Assembly (NCBI GenBank): GCA_017513085.1
Contig: JAFWDK010000008.1
Coordinates: forward strand, 9,000-72,999
Reading direction: 5' to 3'
Source of the DNA: Clostridiales bacterium
Lineage (GTDB): Bacteria; Bacillota; Clostridia; Saccharofermentanales; Saccharofermentanaceae
Length of the DNA stretch: 64,000 nt
The translations under genes and the position numbers were made by a program. This document shows, one piece after another, positions 20,430 to 29,493 of the stretch (position 1 is the stretch's first letter; every line of letters starts with the position of its first letter). The notes beneath the pieces were generated by a model. The model was not told the DNA's origin. It worked only from the letters and a program-made list of their open reading frames with translations, and searched no databases.

Positions 20430-23171
20430 TTATTTTTGTTTCTTGAATAACTTGTGGATCTCGCTGGCAGCAAACGGAATAAGTGCCAGAAGAACGATCG
20501 GGATCCAAAGAAGCGGATTGAGTGCCACATTATCAAAGATATGGTTCACACCCGGGATATAGATGACTGCCATAAGCAGCGCGATGGAACCCATCACCGA
20601 GATATTCATGAAACGGTTGGAGAAAAGGCCGAGTTTAAAGACACTGACCTTCTCGGAACGTGCACTGTACGCACGGAAAAGCTCTGCCAGGATCAAAGTG
20701 GCAAATGCCATGGTCCTTGCTCCCTCGATCGGGGCGGCAGCATCTTTAAAGAACACTGTCAAACCAAGGATAAAGGATGTAAAGACTGTAGCAAAGATTG
20801 CCAGGCTCTGTACGAGAATATTGATCTTCATGGACTTGTTGATGATCGATTCCGATTTCTTTCTCGGCTTCTCGTTCATAATACCGGGCTCGCCCTTCTC
20901 ACGTCCCAGCGCCAGAGCCGGGAAGCTGTCCGTTACAAGATTCAGCCACAACAGCTGGATCGCGGTAAGCGGAGTAGCAATATTTGCGACAAGGCTTGTC
21001 GGGATCAAGGAGATCAGGAAGATGATTAGGATCTCACCTACATTACAGGAAAGCAGGAAGCCGACAAACTTACGGATATTGCTGTAGATCACACGCCCTT
21101 CTTCCACAGCGGAAACGATCGTTGCGAAGTTATCGTCCATAAGGATCATATCCGCAGAATTCTTTGCAACGTCCGTACCGGTAATACCCATAGCAACGCC
21201 GATGTCTGCAGACTTCAGCGCCATAGCGTCATTTACACCGTCACCGGTCATGGAAGCGATATGGTCATTTTTCCGAAGCGCGGTAACGATACGTACCTTG
21301 TGATCCGGAGAAACACGGGCATATACATTAGTCGTCTCGCACACTGTTTCGAAATCCTTATCAGAAACTTTATCCAGTTCCGCGCCGGAAAGACTTCCGG
21401 AATTCTCATCCATCATACCCAGATCATTGGCGATCGCAACAGCCGTATCTTTATAGTCACCGGTGATCATTACCGCACGGATACCGGCTTTGCGGCATAC
21501 CGCCATAGCATCCTTAACTTCGGTTCTTGCCGGATCGATCATACCGACCAGACCCAGGAAGCACATATCCTTCTCGTGTTCAAAATCGGCTTCGATCTCT
21601 GTTTTTCCTTCAAAAGAACGATAAGCAAAAGCCAGAACGCGAAGTGCTGTCGTCGCATATCCATGATTGATCTCGGAGATCTTCTTTCTTAATTCTTCCG
21701 TCATCGGAACATTCTTTTCACCGTCAAAATACTCGACACAGCGATCCAGAACGATATCCGGCGCACCCTTGGTAAAAGAAACGATCGCGCCTTCAATAAT
21801 ATTCGGATGATAAGTAGTCATCATCTTTCTGTCCGAATCAAAAGGAAGTTCCGCAATACGCGGGAAATTCTTATTGGTTTCTTCTTTCGGAAGTCCGGAC
21901 TTAGCGCCCAGAGCAATCAAAGCCGCTTCTGTCGGGTCACCGATGCAGGAATATCTGCCGTCTTCTCCCTTAGGTGTTACCGCGTCACTACAGAGGACGC
22001 AGGACTGGAGAAGTCTTGTCAGGCGCGCATTAAGCTCCACTTTATTACCGGAAGCATCCTGGATCTGTCCTTCCGGAGCATAACCGATACCGGTAACATC
22101 CAAAGAATCCTGACCGTCGAATACTTTACGGACAGTCATCTCGTTCTGTGTAAGAGTACCAGTCTTGTCAGTACAGATCACATCCACACATCCGAGTGTC
22201 TCAACAGCAAGAAGACGACGTACGATCGCTTTCCGGCTGGCCATCTTTGTCATGCCCAAAGCAAGCACGATCGTTACAACAGCCGCAAGACCTTCAGGAA
22301 TAGCTGCCACGGCAAGGCTGATCGCTGTCATCAGGCCGTCTTCCCAAGGCTGACCCTGGACCAGAACATTCACCACGAAAACGATCACGCAGACGATCAC
22401 ACAAACGACGCCAAGGATCTTTCCGAGTTTAGTAAGGTTCTTCTGAAGCGGAGTTTCTTCATCGTCAATGTTGGAAAGACGATTGGCGATCTTACCCAAT
22501 TCCGTATTTCCACCGGTCTCCACAACAACACCACGGGCACGGCCATATGTTACCGCAGTACCCATATACAGCATATTCTTGCGATCACCTAAACCGCAAT
22601 CCACATCCAAAACCACTTCTGCGTCTTTATCGACAGGAACGGACTCACCGGTAAGAGAAGCTTCTTCAACCTTAAGCGAGCTGGCTTCCATTAATCGGAT
22701 ATCGGCAGCGATCAGGTCACCGGCATCAAGAACCACTACATCACCGGGAACCAGTTTATCAGAGTCGATCATTTTCTGGATATTATCACGAACGACCTTA
22801 GCCTGAGGCGAACTCATTTTTTTCAGAGCAGCAATCGCTTCATCGGCTTTACCCTCCTGATAAACACCCAGGATCGCATTGATAATAACAATGGCAAGGA
22901 TAACGATAACATCGATCCATCCTTCAAATCCGCCCTCACGAACAGCCATGACAGCAGAAAGGACAGCCGCCGCGATGAGAATGATGACCATCGCATCTGC
23001 AAACTGTCCGAGGAAACGCTTCCACAGCGGAGTCTTTTTTTCTTCGCCCAAAGAGTTCGGGCCGTACTTGACCAGGCGGGCTTCTGCTTCGCTTTGCGAC
23101 AAACCACTCTTCACGTTTGTCTTAAGCTCGTCGATCACACTTTCTTTCTTCATTGAAAACGGATGATTCAT
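20430..23171 (-). CDS. Cation-transporting P-type ATPase, Ca2+ (PMCA/SERCA-like, type IIA) family
   Basis: ICTDKTGTLTQNEM (phosphorylation site), MITGDYKDTA, TGDGVNDAMALK, PEGLAAV. ATG 23171 follows GGAGGTAGGATC. Confidence 0.9.
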   Translation of the reverse strand: MNHPFSMKKESVIDELKTNVKSGLSQSEAEARLVKYGPNSLGEEKKTPLWKRFLGQFADAMVIILIAAAVLSAVMAVREGGFEGWIDVIVILAIVIINAILGVYQEGKADEAIAALKKMSSPQAKVVRDNIQKMIDSDKLVPGDVVVLDAGDLIAADIRLMEASSLKVEEASLTGESVPVDKDAEVVLDVDCGLGDRKNMLYMGTAVTYGRARGVVVETGGNTELGKIANRLSNIDDEETPLQKNLTKLGKILGVVCVIVCVIVFVVNVLVQGQPWEDGLMTAISLAVAAIPEGLAAVVTIVLALGMTKMASRKAIVRRLLAVETLGCVDVICTDKTGTLTQNEMTVRKVFDGQDSLDVTGIGYAPEGQIQDASGNKVELNARLTRLLQSCVLCSDAVTPKGEDGRYSCIGDPTEAALIALGAKSGLPKEETNKNFPRIAELPFDSDRKMMTTYHPNIIEGAIVSFTKGAPDIVLDRCVEYFDGEKNVPMTEELRKKISEINHGYATTALRVLAFAYRSFEGKTEIEADFEHEKDMCFLGLVGMIDPARTEVKDAMAVCRKAGIRAVMITGDYKDTAVAIANDLGMMDENSGSLSGAELDKVSDKDFETVCETTNVYARVSPDHKVRIVTALRKNDHIASMTGDGVNDAMALKSADIGVAMGITGTDVAKNSADMILMDDNFATIVSAVEEGRVIYSNIRKFVGFLLSCNVGEILIIFLISLIPTSLVANIATPLTAIQLLWLNLVTDSFPALALGREKGEPGIMNEKPRKKSESIINKSMKINILVQSLAIFATVFTSFILGLTVFFKDAAAPIEGARTMAFATLILAELFRAYSARSEKVSVFKLGLFSNRFMNISVMGSIALLMAVIYIPGVNHIFDNVALNPLLWIPIVLLALIPFAASEIHKLFKKQK

Positions 23172-23322
23172 GATCCTACCTCCTAAATGTGCACTAACCG
23201 TGCGTACAAAATATAACACAATAAGATTTCAAGTAAAAGCACCAACCCGATACTTATTAGGATGAATTTTGCTATATTCAGCAAAATACAACATCCATTC
23301 TCAATAAAATACACGGAGAATG

Positions 23323-23352
23323 CAAAAAGGACCGGTTCGTAAGAACCGATCC
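23323..23352 (-). terminator. Intrinsic terminator of the tRNA operon
   Basis: On the minus strand: GGATCGGTTC-TTAC-GAACCGGTCC followed by TTTTTG. It lies immediately 3' of tRNA-Phe. Confidence 0.75.
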
Positions 23353-23357
23353 TTGTT

Positions 23358-23433
23358 TGGTGCCCAGAGTCGGAATCGAACCAACGACACGGGGATTTTC
23401 AGTCCCCTGCTCTACCGACTGAGCTATCTGGGC
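23358..23433 (-). tRNA. tRNA-Phe (anticodon GAA), CCA encoded
   Basis: The reverse complement reads GCCCAGATAGCTCAGTCGGTAGAGCAGGGGACTGAAAATCCCCGTGTCGTTGGTTCGATTCCGACTCTGGGCACCA. It has a 7-bp acceptor stem, anticodon loop CTGAAAA and a GTTCGATTC T-loop. Confidence 0.95.
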
Positions 23434-23467
23434 AAATGATAATCGGTCCAAAATGGACCGATTATCT

Positions 23468-23544
23468 TGGCGACGCAGAAGGGGCTCGAACCCTCGACCT
23501 CCAGCGTGACAGGCTGGCATTCTAACCAACTGAACTACTGCGCC
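23468..23544 (-). tRNA. tRNA-Asp (anticodon GTC), CCA encoded
   Basis: The reverse complement reads GGCGCAGTAGTTCAGTTGGTTAGAATGCCAGCCTGTCACGCTGGAGGTCGAGGGTTCGAGCCCCTTCTGCGTCGCCA. The anticodon loop is CTGTCAC. Confidence 0.95.
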
Positions 23545-23548
23545 GTAA

Positions 23549-23624
23549 TGGTGGAAGATACAGGGCTCGAACCTGTGACCCTCTGCTTGTAAGGCAGATG
23601 CTCTCCCAGCTGAGCTAATCTTCC
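23549..23624 (-). tRNA. tRNA-Val (anticodon TAC), CCA encoded
   Basis: The reverse complement reads GGAAGATTAGCTCAGCTGGGAGAGCATCTGCCTTACAAGCAGAGGGTCACAGGTTCGAGCCCTGTATCTTCCACCA. The anticodon loop is CTTACAA. Confidence 0.95.
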
Positions 23625-23666
23625 ATATCCACCATTTGCCGGGTGCACTTCTGAAGCGCAAGAAAG

Positions 23667-23695
23667 AGTATACCGAAACGAGTAGGAGTTGTCAA
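23667..23695 (-). promoter_or_regulatory. Sigma-A promoter of the tRNA operon
   Basis: On the minus strand: TTGACA (23695-23690), 17 nt, TATACT (23672-23667). It lies about 40 nt upstream of the tRNA-Val 5' end. Confidence 0.7.
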
Positions 23696-23922
23696 CAACA
23701 TTTCCAAAAAAATCTGAAAGATAATTACGACATGTCCGCCGATGCCCTGACTACAGTGCTTTTGGCGCAGAAATCCGACATCCTGATGCGATAAACCGAC
23801 AATTTCCTCAAGAGACATTGACACCTGTAACGGATATATCTATTATCAGGTATAAGGGTTAAGAATACGGGGTCGAAAGTCATGAGGCGGTCCCGTAAAA
23901 TCAAGATCAGGGAGGTTATGAT

Positions 23923-26385
23923 ATGTTTTCAGAAAAAGCATTAGCTTTAACTACAGCTTGTCTTCTGGCGGCAAGTCCTTTTTCCGGCAAGGGAAAACAA
24001 CAAAACAACATATTGGATATGTCTTCATTTGCCGCTAATTACGGAGTGCAGCTCGCGAAAGACAATGATATTCGGGAACTCATCGCTCAAAAGACCGGGG
24101 TCCGTGTCTTTGAGCACTGGCTTGCTCCGGATGAGCTGCCTTCTGACGCCATCAATTCGATCATTGCTTCCGGTAAGGCTCCGGATTTCATCGATGGTGG
24201 CGATGGAACCCAGATGCTGTACGATGCCGGGATGCTTGTGGCCTGGGATGAGTATCTTGCTAAGCCTGAGTACTCCAATCTGAAAGAGATGTACTCGGAT
24301 AAAGAATGGGATATGTTCAGGCAGAGCGACGGAAAGATCTATTGGGCAAACCAGTTTAATAACAGTTTCAACGGAATCCCGGCAAATCGCTATTACAACG
24401 ACTATGCTTTTTGGATCCAGGTACGTGTTCTCGAGTGGGCCGGTTATCCGGTAATCGAGACACTGGATGAGTATTTTGATCTTCTTGTAAGATATACTCA
24501 GGCACATCCGAAAAATGAAGACGGCAGCAATGTCATCACCTATACCGTTTTGTCGGAAGACTGGAGATATTTCTGTCTTGAAAGTGCAGGTCAGTACCTT
24601 GACGGATACCCGAATGACGGATGCGTGATCGTTAAGGATCCTGCCACCAATCCGACAGTTGTTGATTATAACAACACACCTACCACCAAGAGATATCTGC
24701 AAAAACTCAACAGCATTTTCCACACGGGAATGCTTGACCCGGAATTTGCCGTTCAGACCTACGACGAGTATATCGACAAACTGGCTTCAGGTGCAGTTCT
24801 CGGCATGAGTGACACATGGTGGGATTTTGCTATGATAAATGATCGACTTGCAGGTCAAGGATTAGACAAACAGGGATGCAACTATGTACCACTGGGTCTG
24901 ACGATCGACAACGGCATGACAAACCAGTATTACACCGGATCACACGAAACGCTGGATGAGTACAACATATACACCGGAATTGCCGTAACAACAAGTTGTC
25001 CGGACCCCGATCTTGCATTCCGTTTCCTGAACCGTCTTCTTGATCAGGATATTCACGATCTTCGTTTCTGGGGAGTAAAAGGTACCGACTACCTGGCAGA
25101 TGGCAACGGAGTATACTACAGAACAGCAGAGATGCGCGAAAAATGGGAATCACAGGATTATCTTACTTCACACGCCTGTGAGTATACATACTTCCCGCAG
25201 TACGGCGGTATGTCACGTGACGGGATCAACCCCATGAAGCCGGAAGACTCTGATTCGGAGTTTTACTTCGGCATGGCAGAACCGCTGAAAAAGTGTTTCG
25301 AGGCCTATGGTTTCACATCGTATTGGCAGTTCCTGCGCACTGAACCGAACCAGCCGATCTACCCTTGGTTCCCTCTCCTTAGAGTTTCCAATAATCTTCA
25401 TGCAGATACAGAGGAAGGTATTTCCTTCTTGAGAATGACAGATTGCAAGCAAGAATATCTCCCGAAGCTTGTTGCCTCCGACAACTTTGAATCGACCTGG
25501 AATGATTATCAGAAGGCGTACAAAGCATGCAAACCGGAGATCTTCCTGGATTTTATGCAGAAAGTAGTCGATTCGTACAAGGGAGAAAAACCGGTTACTC
25601 CGACGCCGACTCCTGCACCGGATCCGGGCGAGGAGCATTCTGTTGGCGAGTTTGTAGAACGTCTCTACACCATCGCTCTGGGACGACCTGCCGAACAAGC
25701 CGGAAAAGCTTACTGGGTCAAAGAGATCGAGGATGGTAACCGTACCGGTGGTGACTGTGCTCACTTCTTCCTCATCGAAGCAGAGGAATTCAGAAACAGG
25801 AATCTGACCAACGAAGAGTTTGTTGAAACTTTGTATGCGACCTTCTTCGATCGTGCATCCGAACCGGCCGGCAAGGAATACTGGGTCGGTCAGCTCAAGA
25901 ACGGTGCCATGACAAGAGACCAGGTCATCATGGGCTTCATCGATTCGAAAGAATGGTGCAATGTATGTGCGAAGTACGGCGTTAAGTCCGGTGCTCCGAA
26001 TGCCAAGGCAGAGATTGCCTCAAAGAGTGCCCTCAGCTTCGCGACACGTCTTTACATCTGCTGTCTCGGAAGAGCCCCGGAACAGGGTGGTCTGGACTAC
26101 TGGGCTCTGGCACTTACCAACCTGGAGCAGACAGGCTGCTCGGCGGCAAAGGAGTTCTTCACTTCTGCCGAATTCGTTAACCTCAAGCTGCAGGATGATG
26201 CCTACATCGAGAGATTGTACACGACCTTCATGGATCGTCAGCCGGAAGCTTCCGAAATCGCATACTGGGCCGGCGAGATCAAGAAAGGCACACAGACTCG
26301 CGCCAGCGTTCTGGCCTTCTTCGGAAGCAGTGAGGAATTCACGAACATCTGCAAGAAGTATGGTATCGACAGAGGAACCATCTGA
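23923..26385 (+). CDS. Secreted fusion: ABC-type extracellular solute-binding-protein fold (family 1, LplA-like) + DUF4214 repeat module
   Basis: 820 aa. The RBS is GGGAGGTTATGAT. The N-terminal ~560 aa resemble sugar-binding lipoproteins (IRELIAQKTGVRVFEHW..SIIASGKAPDFIDG..). A TPTPTPAPDPG linker follows. The C-terminal ~245 aa are nearly collinear with the C-terminus of the 4956..6623 product (FVERLYTIALGR..KKYGIDRGTI). Confidence 0.8.
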   Translation: MFSEKALALTTACLLAASPFSGKGKQQNNILDMSSFAANYGVQLAKDNDIRELIAQKTGVRVFEHWLAPDELPSDAINSIIASGKAPDFIDGGDGTQMLYDAGMLVAWDEYLAKPEYSNLKEMYSDKEWDMFRQSDGKIYWANQFNNSFNGIPANRYYNDYAFWIQVRVLEWAGYPVIETLDEYFDLLVRYTQAHPKNEDGSNVITYTVLSEDWRYFCLESAGQYLDGYPNDGCVIVKDPATNPTVVDYNNTPTTKRYLQKLNSIFHTGMLDPEFAVQTYDEYIDKLASGAVLGMSDTWWDFAMINDRLAGQGLDKQGCNYVPLGLTIDNGMTNQYYTGSHETLDEYNIYTGIAVTTSCPDPDLAFRFLNRLLDQDIHDLRFWGVKGTDYLADGNGVYYRTAEMREKWESQDYLTSHACEYTYFPQYGGMSRDGINPMKPEDSDSEFYFGMAEPLKKCFEAYGFTSYWQFLRTEPNQPIYPWFPLLRVSNNLHADTEEGISFLRMTDCKQEYLPKLVASDNFESTWNDYQKAYKACKPEIFLDFMQKVVDSYKGEKPVTPTPTPAPDPGEEHSVGEFVERLYTIALGRPAEQAGKAYWVKEIEDGNRTGGDCAHFFLIEAEEFRNRNLTNEEFVETLYATFFDRASEPAGKEYWVGQLKNGAMTRDQVIMGFIDSKEWCNVCAKYGVKSGAPNAKAEIASKSALSFATRLYICCLGRAPEQGGLDYWALALTNLEQTGCSAAKEFFTSAEFVNLKLQDDAYIERLYTTFMDRQPEASEIAYWAGEIKKGTQTRASVLAFFGSSEEFTNICKKYGIDRGTI

Positions 26386-26422
26386 TCTGAAGTGCTGCTA
26401 ATACAGTAAAACGATTGAAGGA

Positions 26423-26456
26423 GAGCATCTGGACGAAAGTTCAGGTGCTCTTTTTT
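26423..26456 (+). terminator. Intrinsic terminator
   Basis: GAGCATCTG/CAGGTGCTC stem (one G-U pair) followed by TTTTTT. It lies 38 nt after the stop at 26385. Confidence 0.7.
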
Positions 26457-26694
26457 ATGGGGAATGTCGGTCGGAATGAGCGCCATGGTGCTTTTCGCCC
26501 GTACAAATCGGTGGTTTTCGAGTTTTTTCTTTGAGAAAGGCAGGCGTTTTCGTTGATTTGTCGAAACATGACCGACTTTTGGTGTAAAACAGGGCTGAAA
26601 ATACGGGCTCAAAAGCACTTCCCTGCCATTACGACTGCCTGATGTAGCAAAGCGGGCTTGAAGGGACCTGACAAGACTTTTTCGGATCGAACGT

Positions 26695-27108
26695 TCAGAA
26701 AGACTGATCCTTCACAAAGCCCGTGATCGTTACGATCGCGACTTGTGTTCCCAGATCATCCTTCACTTCGATCTCGTAAAAGCAGGTACTTCTCCCCGAC
26801 TTCACGCAGTGCGCTTCGCTATAGAGCACCTCACCTTTGCAGGCTCCGATGAAAGAAATATTGCTCGAGATCGATACCGTCATGCGCCCGCCGAAATTGG
26901 CCGCCACCGCGAACGTCAGATCCGCGAGCGTAAAGATCGCACCGCCCATCACACCGCCCGCCGCATTCAGGTGGATAGGCGTGATCTTCATGGAGCAACG
27001 GCAGATCTTATCCCCCGCCTCTTCAATGACCACACCGGCCGCATCTGTGGCAAACCGGTCATTCGCAAATGTTTTTCTTGCCCACTCCAGATCTCGGATC
27101 TCTTCCAT
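26695..27108 (-). CDS. PaaI-family (hotdog-fold) thioesterase
   Basis: HLNAAGGVMGGAIFTLADLTFAVAAN..GEVLYSEAHCVKSGRSTCFYEIEV is the PaaI/4HBT pattern. ATG 27108 follows GAGAGGTCTGGTT. Confidence 0.8.
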   Translation of the reverse strand: MEEIRDLEWARKTFANDRFATDAAGVVIEEAGDKICRCSMKITPIHLNAAGGVMGGAIFTLADLTFAVAANFGGRMTVSISSNISFIGACKGEVLYSEAHCVKSGRSTCFYEIEVKDDLGTQVAIVTITGFVKDQSF

Positions 27109-27150
27109 AACCAGACCTCTCTTTCTCGGATCGCCGCGCTGCAAAAGCAC

Positions 27151-27474
27151 TTACGCGATCCATTGCATGATATATTCTACAACAAACACCGTACAGCAGG
27201 CACCGATCGCCACTGTCAGCAGTTTCTTTTCAAACAAAGACAAGACCACAGCCGCGCAAAGTCCAAGAATTGCCGACACAAGATACGACGTGGAATAAAA
27301 GATCGCCGGGATCGTCATAGCTGAAAGCACGGCATACGGTACATAATACAGAAAGGATATCACAAACTTATTCTTGATCTTTTCCTTGCAAAGGACCAGT
27401 GGCAGCATACGGATCAGATATGTAACTCCGGCCATTACGGCAAGATACAAAAAGAATGTACCGGTATCGATCAT
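27151..27474 (-). CDS. azlD: AzlD-family branched-chain amino acid transport protein
   Basis: 107 aa, 3-4 TM. LAVMAGVTYLIRMLPLVL is the AzlD signature. There is a 4-nt overlap with azlC. Confidence 0.8.
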   Translation of the reverse strand: MIDTGTFFLYLAVMAGVTYLIRMLPLVLCKEKIKNKFVISFLYYVPYAVLSAMTIPAIFYSTSYLVSAILGLCAAVVLSLFEKKLLTVAIGACCTVFVVEYIMQWIA

Positions 27475-28205
27475 GCCTGCACCTTCCCTTCTGCTTTCTT
27501 ATCCTGCTCATCCTTGACCGGGCAGGCGATCGCGAAGATCACTCCGGAAACGACCGCGCACACAATAATGGCGATACCTTTCGAAAGGTCCTTAAACAGT
27601 GGCACATAATAGAACATACAGGATAAAGCCACTGCCAGAAGACAGCAGCCTGCTACCGCTTTGTTCTTTTTTGCCGGAGGGATCACGATTGCAACAAACA
27701 TAGCATAGAGCGCAAGTCCCAGTGCCGACACTACTGATGCCGGAAGCACATCACCCGCTACAGCACCTAACGCCGTTCCTCCTACCCATCCGAGAAAAGG
27801 AGTAACGATCAGGCCCATCATATAGGGCGTCTCCAAGTCTTCTTTCTGGCTTATAGAAACCGCGAAGATTTCATCCGTTACCATAAAAGCAATCACAAAA
27901 CGATGGAGAAAGCGTACACGCTTACTGAGTTTTTGCGACATGGAGACAGACATCAAGGAATAACGGAGATTGATCACAAACTGCGTCAGTACCATCTCCA
28001 CAAGCGGAAGGCCACCCACCATGATCGGCACACCGGCAAGCTGTCCGGCGCTGGTCACATTGGTCATAGAGATCAGGATCGCCTGCCAGACAGAAAGGCC
28101 TAAACCCACTGTAAAAATGCCAAAAGCAAAGGACACCGAGAGGTATCCCATGCATATCGGCAGTCCATCCCGAAGTCCTTTGGTAAATAACTGTTTATTC
28201 GTCAC
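27471..28205 (-). CDS. azlC: AzlC-family branched-chain amino acid exporter permease
   Basis: FTKGLRDGLPICMGYLSVSFAFGI..MTNVTSAGQLAG..QFVINLRYSLMS are AzlC family motifs. Confidence 0.85.
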   Translation of the reverse strand: MTNKQLFTKGLRDGLPICMGYLSVSFAFGIFTVGLGLSVWQAILISMTNVTSAGQLAGVPIMVGGLPLVEMVLTQFVINLRYSLMSVSMSQKLSKRVRFLHRFVIAFMVTDEIFAVSISQKEDLETPYMMGLIVTPFLGWVGGTALGAVAGDVLPASVVSALGLALYAMFVAIVIPPAKKNKAVAGCCLLAVALSCMFYYVPLFKDLSKGIAIIVCAVVSGVIFAIACPVKDEQDKKAEGKVQA

Positions 28206-28242
28206 GACGCGCGACCATCCTCATTCTCAAGACATGCTCCGC

Positions 28243-29352
28243 TTATTGGGCAGAGAAACGATATCCGCAAAGATATCCCTTTTCCTCGTCTTTGTCAATG
28301 ACTGCGCTGGCAAAATTCTCGTGATGGATCGCATCCGGGAACATCTGTGCCTCCAGACAGATCGCTTCATACGGGCTGTAGTGAACACCGCCCTTTCCGT
28401 CCTCATCCAGATTGCACGCACAATAAAGCTGGACACCCGGAAAGTTCGTGAACATTTCCATCTTTCTTCCCGTCTTCTCCGAAGAAACAGAAGCAACAAG
28501 AGAAACCTTATCCTGCGAGGTTTTCAGAACATAGTTGGAATCCGCGCCCTTGGAACAATTCAGCTGCGGATTGGAAGAAGTCTTAACAAGTACTTTTTCC
28601 GTCGGACAAGGTGTACGGAAATCGAATTCGGTACCTGCAACGTCGATATACTTACCATTCGGTACATTGTCCATATCCTTCTCGGTGACCTGATCGGCAT
28701 CGATCCACAAGAGCTGCTCGCCGATCCGGCCGGCCGCCTGGCCATCAATGTTAAAGTAGGAATGGTTCGTCGGCGCAAAGATCGTCTTCTTATCGGACTT
28801 AGCTTTATAAGCAATGACCAAAGTTCCATCCGTTGTCCAAGTATAGAGCACTTTCATGTCCATGTTGCCCGGAACACCGCATACGCCATCCGCCAACAGG
28901 AAAGAAAGCAATACACCCTCTGTCTCGACCGTCCAGTCATTTCCGATCGAAAGCCCCGAAATAAAAGCCTGAGCCTCATCACGGGAAATGATCTCGCCCT
29001 CCCAGAAACTGTTCTGGAAGTTTCCTGCACCACCATGGAGGTTGTTTTCGCCTTCATTCTTCGGCATCTGATACTTCACGCCGTCTATTTCAAAAGCACC
29101 GCCCTTGATACGGTTTGCAGTTCTTCCGATAATAGATCCGTGTCCGGAACCACTTGCCATATATGCATCGATGGTATCAAAACCAAGCATGACATCATCC
29201 AGCTTGTTGTTTTTATCAAATACTTTCAAAGTATGGATCAGAGCACCATATGTCAGAACGGAGAAGCTCTCTCCGTTAGGTCTTGTAATAACAAATTCGT
29301 CTACCGCTTTGCCATCTTTTGTCCTATCAAATACGATTTTTTCTGAAGACAT
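28243..29352 (-). CDS. galM: Aldose 1-epimerase (galactose mutarotase)
   Basis: NLHGGAGNFQNSFWEG, PTNHSYFNIDG and ICLEAQMFPDAIHHENF are mutarotase motifs. ATG 29352 follows GAGGTGAAAACT. Confidence 0.85.
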   Translation of the reverse strand: MSSEKIVFDRTKDGKAVDEFVITRPNGESFSVLTYGALIHTLKVFDKNNKLDDVMLGFDTIDAYMASGSGHGSIIGRTANRIKGGAFEIDGVKYQMPKNEGENNLHGGAGNFQNSFWEGEIISRDEAQAFISGLSIGNDWTVETEGVLLSFLLADGVCGVPGNMDMKVLYTWTTDGTLVIAYKAKSDKKTIFAPTNHSYFNIDGQAAGRIGEQLLWIDADQVTEKDMDNVPNGKYIDVAGTEFDFRTPCPTEKVLVKTSSNPQLNCSKGADSNYVLKTSQDKVSLVASVSSEKTGRKMEMFTNFPGVQLYCACNLDEDGKGGVHYSPYEAICLEAQMFPDAIHHENFASAVIDKDEEKGYLCGYRFSAQ

Positions 29353-29493
29353 AGTTTTCACCTCGCCAATATGAATTTATACCGCTAATATTATCGCTTG
29401 TTTTCAGATAGAAAGTCAACGGATATTCTGATAGAATACCAATGTATTTGATAGATATGACTTCCTAGAACTGACTGAAAACGAGGCAAATAC

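Noticed and set aside
23278-23824. 127-aa and 69-aa minus-strand ORFs
   Set aside because: They read straight through three tRNA genes and their promoter and leader, so they are not coding.
23825-23922. Possible riboswitch or leader upstream of the SBP-DUF4214 gene (hairpins ACCTG..CAGGT and ACGGG..CCCGT)
   Set aside because: There are only two short stems and no match to any riboswitch consensus I can recall. The sequence is too short and too weak to call.
27970-29346. 458-aa + strand ORF
   Set aside because: It is antisense to azlC and the aldose 1-epimerase gene, both of which have diagnostic motifs. The product is Arg/Ile/Ser-rich and looks like a typical shadow ORF.
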